Shown: positions 57,042-64,000 of the stretch, one piece after another
How positions within the stretch are numbered: the first letter of the stretch is position 1
How the letters are laid out: each line of letters starts with the position of its first letter
Source: Promethearchaeia archaeon
Lineage (GTDB): Archaea; Asgardarchaeota; Lokiarchaeia; Sigyniarchaeales; SOKP01
Length of the DNA stretch: 64,000 bases
Direction: 5' to 3'
Assembly (NCBI GenBank): GCA_046483985.1
Contig: JAWOCD010000110.1
Location: 32,001 to 96,000, forward strand
Notes under the pieces: model-generated
Seen by the model: only the letters and a program-made list of their open reading frames with translations
Databases searched by the model: none
What the model was told of the DNA's origin: nothing
Made by a program: the position numbers and the translations under genes

Positions 57042-59846
57042 TTATTCATTTCTAAAGCCAAACATATCAGTGCCGAGTAATTTTGCAACGAAGGGAATTA
57101 ACCAAAAGAGAAGTTTGTAAGATGTCTTTCCAATTGTTGAGGTTATGGATGTTTCTATAAAGTTCCTCAAACCAAATGAGAAACTAATCTTGCTTTTCCA
57201 TCCCTTTTCCCACACGGGCCGAGTAATAGGTCCTTGCCATGCACCTGGTGGGCTTCCGAACGATCGTACAGATTTCCAATTTTCGTTTTCTTTTTCCCAT
57301 ATCTTTTGAAGCGGCCAATTCTCAGGTTTCTTCTTGGAATACAGCCAAGTGGGATCCGAAATGAAGTCTTCAGATGTTCCGTCAGTGTATTCTATATGTA
57401 AGATAAAATTCAGACCGCCTATTCCCCTCGTCCAATTTTTTCCCTCTATACAAATTATATTTTCATTATTTTCCTTCATAAAATCGCTTACATCGAATAG
57501 CTGCACAGACTTTACCACCGGAAGGTGCGATAATGAAAATCGTGAAATCACTTCCCCAACATTTTTTCCATTCACAAAGATTCTCATATGATTTGCTGCA
57601 ATTCCTTGACAAGTTGCTTGTTCGATTTCTTTCGATGGCAATACGAAAGTTTTATAAAAGTAAAACCATTTTTGATTACCCCAAGAGGAGTGAAATCTCC
57701 TACCCGAACGCCAAATCCAATGCGCCTTTAATTGATGCATGCTCGGCGCTTTTTGACTCTCTAATGATGACAATGATTGTTGATAATGCCATTGTAACAC
57801 GTCAAATCGGTGCAGAGGATATTGTAACCCTTCTGGGACAGCTTGTAGAAGCCATAATTTCTCATATTTTGATTGAAGATCTTTAATATTTTTTTTTAGC
57901 CATTCAAAAAGGGATGTTAATATATTATAGAAGGTGAAAGTATCTTTTGTTTCTCCATAATATCTTTTTATGTCCATTAACTGGTTAGCGTTTAAAACTT
58001 CTGTGAATTTATCCAATAGGGATCTGTCAGTCTGATATGCAATTTTACTGCTTATCAACTTTACACCGTAATGTAAGGCTAATTGGGCTGCAAATCTGAT
58101 AAAATCGAGGTTATCTTGATTTTTTTGTATAATTTCTTTATTTTTTACTTTTTTAATTTTTTCTAATACATGGAGACTCTCGTTTATAAAACGAAAAGCA
58201 TAATTGATCTCTTCCTCGTCAATCTCTCGACAATGCGGATCCATCCAAAATCTGTTCATCATCCCGTTCGGAAATGATGGAAGGACTTCATTCTGTTTAT
58301 TTAAAATCTCCATGCATTCCATAATTCGATTATCCTCTGTTCCAAAGAATAACCAATTAAATGCAGTTTTAATATGAGAAACTTCCGCGTCTTTTGCGTT
58401 CCATGCTGCCTGTCCTTCTATTCCCAATCCGTAGTAGAGATTTTCTCTGAAATTTTCGTTGAAAAAATCTCCCCAACTGGTTGTGATATGTCCGATCATT
58501 CCCCGCTGTAATCCATCTTGTGCCATACATATCATATTTTTAGCAGCATAATCATAGTAGGGATAATGCCGGGACCAATCGAATGTTCCGGGGAGTCCAG
58601 CAATTGTGAATCCTTTCTCTTTTAGTTTTGATATGGTAGGATATTTTTCTTTATCCGAATACTCCCAGTATACTATTAATGGAATTTCTCCTTTTACTAA
58701 CTCGAGCGTTTTGGGATATTTGTAAATTACATCGTGGGCAATCGTAGGATAGGTTTTTCCATATTTTTTGGCGGTTCGAACAAGAAACAAATACCATTCC
58801 GCCAGCACTTCGGCTTCACCTTTTTCTTCAATATATTCTCTACTCTTCCCAAGCCCAAAATCATGTGATTCATCGCAAATAAGATGAAATGCTTCAGACT
58901 TGAAGGCTGGACAGATCTCAGAGAGTAAATCATCAACGAATTCTTTTGTATCGGGATTCGAAACATCAAAACATTGAGCGCCGGGAAACTCGCCGTATTT
59001 TCGGAATTTGCGAATGGTCAACAAGTTATCTTGGTGGCCGAATGACTCAAATGCGGGTTGTATTTCAATAAAATGATCCAGGGCATATTCTTCTAATTCA
59101 GAGATCATTTTTCTGGTCAACGGGGCCCTATTTTTTCCGATTCGAGGGTATTTTTCAAATTTAAACATATCTTCAATGTACAGAACTAATACATTTAGTT
59201 TTAAGGAACTCATAAACTGAATAAATTTTTTAAAGTTCTCCATGGTAGGTCTTTGACCGCGTGAGATATCATCTACAAGCCCTCTTATCTCAAAGTCAGG
59301 ATAATCGATTATTTCACAAGTAGGGTAATATATTTGAGAATTTTTTACTCTTAATAATTGACTTAAGGAGAGAAAAGCATAATAGGCTCCTCTCTTGGTC
59401 CAAGATTCAATTATTATCTCTCCAGATTTTGCAGATAAATAATATGCTTCACTTCGAGCATTATCTGAAAGGAGATCTTGAAATTGCTCATTTTTTTTTA
59501 TTTTCTCCTCCTTCTTTTGGGAATATTTCAGTTCAAAGGAGATTGGATCTGCACTTATGATATGTGTATTGAGCCATTGAGGGATATTTGCACAAAACTC
59601 CTCTCTCGTAAATTCGGGTTCTGGAATTGGAGGAAGATCACCTCTCCGGGCCATCTCCTCTTGGGAGATAAAAGCCCCTTTGATTTGAACATTTAAACTA
59701 ATCGAGAATGGATGCCATTTTCTGTTTGTAGAAAACTCCTTGGGAAGGGGCAGCATACTCTTCCGAATATCTCTCGGAGTAGAAAAAAGCCGTAGTTCTC
59801 CTTCTTTTTCTTTTATTTTCTCCCATGTAAGTTTAATCCGGACCAT
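57042..59846 (-). CDS. GH20 beta-N-acetylhexosaminidase with C-terminal beta-sandwich
   Basis: IIDYPDFEIRGLVDDISRG, FESFGH, catalytic HLICDE, TSWGD. Confidence 0.88.
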   Translation of the reverse strand: MVRIKLTWEKIKEKEGELRLFSTPRDIRKSMLPLPKEFSTNRKWHPFSISLNVQIKGAFISQEEMARRGDLPPIPEPEFTREEFCANIPQWLNTHIISADPISFELKYSQKKEEKIKKNEQFQDLLSDNARSEAYYLSAKSGEIIIESWTKRGAYYAFLSLSQLLRVKNSQIYYPTCEIIDYPDFEIRGLVDDISRGQRPTMENFKKFIQFMSSLKLNVLVLYIEDMFKFEKYPRIGKNRAPLTRKMISELEEYALDHFIEIQPAFESFGHQDNLLTIRKFRKYGEFPGAQCFDVSNPDTKEFVDDLLSEICPAFKSEAFHLICDESHDFGLGKSREYIEEKGEAEVLAEWYLFLVRTAKKYGKTYPTIAHDVIYKYPKTLELVKGEIPLIVYWEYSDKEKYPTISKLKEKGFTIAGLPGTFDWSRHYPYYDYAAKNMICMAQDGLQRGMIGHITTSWGDFFNENFRENLYYGLGIEGQAAWNAKDAEVSHIKTAFNWLFFGTEDNRIMECMEILNKQNEVLPSFPNGMMNRFWMDPHCREIDEEEINYAFRFINESLHVLEKIKKVKNKEIIQKNQDNLDFIRFAAQLALHYGVKLISSKIAYQTDRSLLDKFTEVLNANQLMDIKRYYGETKDTFTFYNILTSLFEWLKKNIKDLQSKYEKLWLLQAVPEGLQYPLHRFDVLQWHYQQSLSSLESQKAPSMHQLKAHWIWRSGRRFHSSWGNQKWFYFYKTFVLPSKEIEQATCQGIAANHMRIFVNGKNVGEVISRFSLSHLPVVKSVQLFDVSDFMKENNENIICIEGKNWTRGIGGLNFILHIEYTDGTSEDFISDPTWLYSKKKPENWPLQKIWEKENENWKSVRSFGSPPGAWQGPITRPVWEKGWKSKISFSFGLRNFIETSITSTIGKTSYKLLFWLIPFVAKLLGTDMFGFRNE

Positions 59847-59935
59847 AAATTAGTTGACCTTAAGTTCAATAATAATCCAATTTTACTAAATTATATTACA
59901 TAAAAAAATAATTAGTAAAGATTTTAAGGATTTTT

Positions 59936-60505
59936 ATGGAAACGGAAGACTCTGGAGAAGAGAAATCATTAGAAAATCAAGATTTAACGTCTGTAAATGT
60001 AAGTAAAAAAGTCGCATCAGCGGGAATCTTTATCGTTGTAGGGTTAATCTTAAGTTATCTGAATCCATTTGCTTATTTCACTCTATTTGGCACGAAAATT
60101 AATCCCTTTGCCCACATCATTAATGCTATTACTGGTGTATTGCTGGGCTTATCCTTTTCTCTGATTACCGCATTTGGAATTGCAATCTTACGGTTTAGTC
60201 TGGGGATCGGGTCTATTCATGCTTTTCATGGGGGGATGGCGGGAGCGTTAGTAGTGGGATCGATTGCTCGTTTAATCTGGAAGAGAAAACCAGAATTCGT
60301 GAAAAATGCGGCCTTTGCAGAACCTATTGGAACTATCTTTATTGGCGGTACAATTGCGCAGCTTATTGCCCCTATTGGTGGTATTGAAGGGTTTTTTGTT
60401 TACTGGGGTTTATTTGCTGCGAGTTGCATTCCGGGAGCAATTATTGGATTTATTGTCTTAAAAATTCTTGAACATTCAAATATCTCTCGAAAAGATTATA
60501 ATTAA
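59936..60505 (+). CDS. thiW: ECF S-component ThiW (thiazole/thiamine precursor)
   Basis: PFAHIINAITGVLLG, LRFSLGIGS, AEPIGTIFIG. Confidence 0.88.
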   Translation: METEDSGEEKSLENQDLTSVNVSKKVASAGIFIVVGLILSYLNPFAYFTLFGTKINPFAHIINAITGVLLGLSFSLITAFGIAILRFSLGIGSIHAFHGGMAGALVVGSIARLIWKRKPEFVKNAAFAEPIGTIFIGGTIAQLIAPIGGIEGFFVYWGLFAASCIPGAIIGFIVLKILEHSNISRKDYN

Positions 60506-60506
60506 A

Positions 60507-61109
60507 ATGAAATTTTCTCCAACTTTTTTTAAAGGTTGTCTGGGAAAAAGCACTATTTTATATGGAGAAAGCAACACCGGAAAGACTTACTATACTGCGG
60601 AGTTTATTAAATTCCTTCTGGAAACAAAAAAAACTTCTCAAGACTCGATAACTATTCTTGATTTTGCTCCGAAAAAGGAGATAATTGCGGATAAGAAAAT
60701 TGGCGGTAAAATCCGATCCTTTTATAATAAAAGTAAAACCTGTAAATATTATTCTGTAAAAGGTGAAATAATCCCAGCGCGCTTAATGGCTGAGAACAAG
60801 GAAGAACTTTATAAGTACAAGTGCCACAATCTGAAACTATGTCATACACTACTAGAGCAATATACGAATAATCCTACACCCTTTTTGGTCATAAATGATA
60901 TTTCCATTTATCTACATTTAAATAAAGTTAAGACCTTATTGAAGTATATAAGGCTGGCTGATACATTTTTCGGTAATAGTTATTATGGGACAGGTATAAA
61001 GTCGGATTTTTCACGGATATTAAGCATTTTAGAAAAGAAACGAGTAGAAAAATTGATTAGTTATATGGATACTAGTCGTCATTTAACAGAAAAGTTGGAA
61101 AATACATAA
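60507..61109 (+). CDS. Small P-loop NTPase (HerA-like N-terminus)
   Basis: ILYGESNTGKT, ILDFAP, LVINDISIY; ATG at 60507 preferred. Confidence 0.7.
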   Translation: MKFSPTFFKGCLGKSTILYGESNTGKTYYTAEFIKFLLETKKTSQDSITILDFAPKKEIIADKKIGGKIRSFYNKSKTCKYYSVKGEIIPARLMAENKEELYKYKCHNLKLCHTLLEQYTNNPTPFLVINDISIYLHLNKVKTLLKYIRLADTFFGNSYYGTGIKSDFSRILSILEKKRVEKLISYMDTSRHLTEKLENT

Positions 61110-61113
61110 GATC

Positions 61114-61548
61114 TTATTTTTTAGGAGGAAAAATTACATTTTCTGCCCCAGCATATTGATCTAAAAAATTCTGGACCAAATTTTGAAACTCCTTACCGAG
61201 AGTAATGAATTTCTGAAACTCTTCAACCTCAGAACCAAATTCTTGCGCTAAAATTCTATTTACAAGGCTAGTATTTTTATTAAATCCGTCTAGCTTTTTT
61301 GAATGATAATCGTCCACAGCAATAGTCCTGAAAGAATGTAAGGAAGCTAAAATCAAATTGGAAATGGTATTGTAATCGTTGGAGTTTTTTTTCGAAAATA
61401 GCTCTTGTACAAGCGTTAAAAGAATGTTAAACTTTTTCTTTTGGAGTTCTTTTTTTTGCTGTTTTTCATAGGAAGAATCAGAAATCTTATCCCCTTTTTG
61501 CTCCATTTTTATGTGTGTATAAAATTTCTTCAGTATTGATTCTGGCAT
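61114..61548 (-). CDS. Hypothetical helical protein
   Basis: 144-aa ORF with GGAG SD upstream. Confidence 0.6.
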   Translation of the reverse strand: MPESILKKFYTHIKMEQKGDKISDSSYEKQQKKELQKKKFNILLTLVQELFSKKNSNDYNTISNLILASLHSFRTIAVDDYHSKKLDGFNKNTSLVNRILAQEFGSEVEEFQKFITLGKEFQNLVQNFLDQYAGAENVIFPPKK

Positions 61549-61717
61549 AATTATTGCTCCGTTTTATTCAATCTTAAAATTCTTTTTCAAATCTAACTTT
61601 CTTACACAATAAAGTGTGATGTTCTTATTTATTTATTATTTATTTAAAAAATAAATTTTTTCCGCTTTCAAATTAAATTATAAAATTTTTAAGTACAAGA
61701 GGCTTAGAAATCCAATT

Positions 61718-62170
61718 TTACTTTTTCAAGTTTATAAAATTTGTTAATTTAAAGGTGTCAATAAAGGAACTTACATCCATTTGAGTTTTGACTCCATCTA
61801 TTGTCTTAATATTATTATTGATAAATCTCCATAACTTTTTCTCATTTTCCGCGATCAATTGTACGACCACATCATGGTCCCCTGTGGATGTGGCTACAAT
61901 CTGTACTTCGTCATATTTCGCAAGTATCTTCGCGATTTCTCGCATTTTTAAAGCATCTACGGATAACCCTAACCATGCAATTGTATGATATCCCACCTTT
62001 TTGGGATCAACTATAGCACTAAAACTCTTAATAATTCCTTCTTTTTCCAATTTCTTCACTCTTGAATGAACCGTGCTCGCTGCTAAATCAAGCTTGTCAG
62101 CAATTGATTTATAGGATATTTTATCATCTTTTTGCAGTAGATTGAGTATTTCTCTGTCTTTATTGTCCAT
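61718..62170 (-). CDS. Lrp/AsnC transcriptional regulator
   Basis: MDNKDREILNLL..SYKSIA..TVHSRVKKLEKEGII; TGDHD. Confidence 0.93.
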   Translation of the reverse strand: MDNKDREILNLLQKDDKISYKSIADKLDLAASTVHSRVKKLEKEGIIKSFSAIVDPKKVGYHTIAWLGLSVDALKMREIAKILAKYDEVQIVATSTGDHDVVVQLIAENEKKLWRFINNNIKTIDGVKTQMDVSSFIDTFKLTNFINLKK

Positions 62171-62760
62171 TATTCTTTTCTTATCCGCTGTTCACTAATT
62201 AATATTTTTAAAATTTACTCATTTATGAATGATGATAGAAAAAATAAAAATATATCGAATATCATTCGATGGTTAAATATTTTCATTTCATATCATAGTT
62301 TTACACCGACAAATTTCATCAACGATTTAAAATTAAAGGAAAGAATTATTGGATGTCATAAATTATCTGTTATGTATATATCTCCAAGGAAGTAGTGTCT
62401 TTAAAAGTGTCTTTAATAAATTGGTCAAAAAAATCTTTTCAAAAGAAATTAACTATGATCAAGAGATCTATAGTGTTTATTTCGTGGTGGCATTATTGTT
62501 TGATAAATTTATTTCCTTAGATGTGGCAGAAATCACTTTAAAAAAAAGAATAAAAGAATTAAAAACTAACATCTAAAATCTATTTCGTATAACGGGATTT
62601 CATTATCAAAATATTAGGTTTTTTATCTTTTTTATCGAATAGTAATTCATAAAAAGGATTTTCTTAAAATTTTATCCGATATTTATAAAAAATATGGAAT
62701 AATAATTTTATTGGAAACTTTATTAAAAATTATATTCAAATTATATATAAGGAATTCAAA

Positions 62761-63417
62761 ATGAAAAAAACGCATTTGGTCATTTTTGGCCCTCCTGGTG
62801 CGGGAAAGGGAACATTTAGTCAAAGAATAAAGAAAATTCTACATAATCTTGTTCATATTAGCACAGGAGACATTTTCCGGGAAAATATTAAAGATGGAAC
62901 AGAATTGGGAAAAAAAATTAAACATTATATGGATGAAGGGAAATTAGTTCCTGATAAAATTACAAATGCTGTGTTGAAAAATAAACTCGAAGACGTATCC
63001 GATAAATCATGGATTTTGGATGGATATCCGAGGAACTTAGAACAATGTAAATATTTAGATTCAATTACTGAAGTTGATAAAGCATTATATTTGGAATTAT
63101 CCCAAGAGAGAATAAAAAAGCGTGTATTGGGACGATTTAAATGTCCTCAGTGTGGAAATATCTATAATAAATGGACACTCCCTCCCAAAGAAAAGATCGG
63201 AGAAAATAAATGGATTTGCGATAAATGTGGAGCAAAAATGGAGTTTAACCAGAGAAATGATGATACCGAAGAGACTTTGGAAAAGCGCCTTGATATTTAC
63301 GAAAAAAATATTACACCCATTATCAATTATTATAATAATAAGGATAAACTGAAAAAGATTGATGCAAGGAAAACCTTAAAGTTTTCCGATGAGAAAGTCA
63401 TTGATATTGTAACTTAA
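62761..63417 (+). CDS. adk: Adenylate kinase, bacterial/eukaryotic type with Zn LID
   Basis: GPPGAGKGT, HISTGDIFR, GKLVPD, LDGYPR, CPQC..CDKC, QRNDD. Confidence 0.93.
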   Translation: MKKTHLVIFGPPGAGKGTFSQRIKKILHNLVHISTGDIFRENIKDGTELGKKIKHYMDEGKLVPDKITNAVLKNKLEDVSDKSWILDGYPRNLEQCKYLDSITEVDKALYLELSQERIKKRVLGRFKCPQCGNIYNKWTLPPKEKIGENKWICDKCGAKMEFNQRNDDTEETLEKRLDIYEKNITPIINYYNNKDKLKKIDARKTLKFSDEKVIDIVT

Positions 63418-63420
63418 AAT

Positions 63421-63484
63421 TCACTAAGCTAACGCTTAGTGAACTCGTAGGAATCCCCATCCTTTAGGGCGGGGAGACTTCAAT
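63421..63484 (+). mobile_element. IS200/IS605-type right-end relic (58-bp repeat, copy 2)
   Basis: TCACTAAGC-TAAC-GCTTAGTGA hairpin, then TCCCCATCCTTTAGGGCGGGGA hairpin and TCAA. Confidence 0.75.
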
Positions 63485-63571
63485 GTTTAATTTGTTTCTC
63501 GTAATTTTTTTTTAATTTGATTTATTTTCAAACTTAAACAACTATTAGTACTTAATAAGGATGTAAAAACA

Positions 63572-63997
63572 ATGATGGAAAGATCGCTCGTATTAATAAA
63601 GCCCGACGCCACTCGAAGGAAATTAATTGGAAAGATTTTATCTCGCTTTGAAGAGAATAATCTCACCATAAAAGCCCTTAAAATGCTTAAAATCTCTAAA
63701 GAGTTGGCAGAAAAACACTATGCAGAACATAAAGGAAAGGATTTTTATGACGATTTAATTAAGTTTATAACTTCAGGTCCTGCAATAGCATTAATTTTGG
63801 AAGGAAAAAATGCAATTTCTTACATTCGAGAATTGGTCGGAGCCACAAATCCAGCTGAAGCAAAGAAGGGAACAATTCGGGGAGATTTAAAAAAAGAGCC
63901 AGTTACATCTGTCACAGAAAATATGGTTCATGCCTCTGATTCTCTGGAATCTGCCAAACGAGAAATCACCTTATTCTTCGGGGAGAGATATCTTTAG
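63572..63997 (+). CDS. ndk: Nucleoside diphosphate kinase
   Basis: LIKPDA, GTIRGD, NMVHASDS. Confidence 0.97.
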   Translation: MMERSLVLIKPDATRRKLIGKILSRFEENNLTIKALKMLKISKELAEKHYAEHKGKDFYDDLIKFITSGPAIALILEGKNAISYIRELVGATNPAEAKKGTIRGDLKKEPVTSVTENMVHASDSLESAKREITLFFGERYL

Positions 63998-64000
63998 TCA

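Noticed and set aside
62349-62576. 75-aa ORF between lrp and adk
   Set aside because: TTG start, very AT-rich and no motif; cannot be supported as a real gene
1-64000. In-frame UGA selenoprotein in the window
   Set aside because: The UGA-ending ORFs I inspected show no convincing read-through or Cys/Sec motif; the manual scan was not exhaustive

Overview
AT-rich, gene-dense archaeal chromosome segment, most likely Asgard (Lokiarchaeia-like). The evidence is archaeal/eukaryotic-type ribosomal proteins (S4e, L32e, L19e, L34e, L14e, P0/P1), a 9/4 tRNA-Sec with SepSecS and eEFSec-type SelB, and many eukaryote-signature-like genes (roadblock, two longin-like proteins, OSTC/DC2-like, EMC3/TMCO1, Yip1, RING-like fingers, an RPC34/TFE-beta homologue). 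It carries a split ribosomal super-operon: S19 to L15 at 17.2-26.9 kb, L34e-cmk-L14e, and L11-L1-L10-L12-secY-EMC3. It also has three tRNA genes, housekeeping metabolic genes, a non-canonical CooS, B-vitamin ECF components and several IS200/IS605 relics. The most notable observations not captured by the ORF track are: a double-intron tRNA-Ile with a UAU anticodon; two ribosomal protein genes whose only plausible start is ATT; a coiled-coil/coiled-coil/longin-MIT operon with a paralogous longin-wHTH protein; a structured leader upstream of rpl11; and a hidden tnpB C-terminal relic with dispersed right-end hairpins. All family assignments are by motif recognition only; no searches were run.
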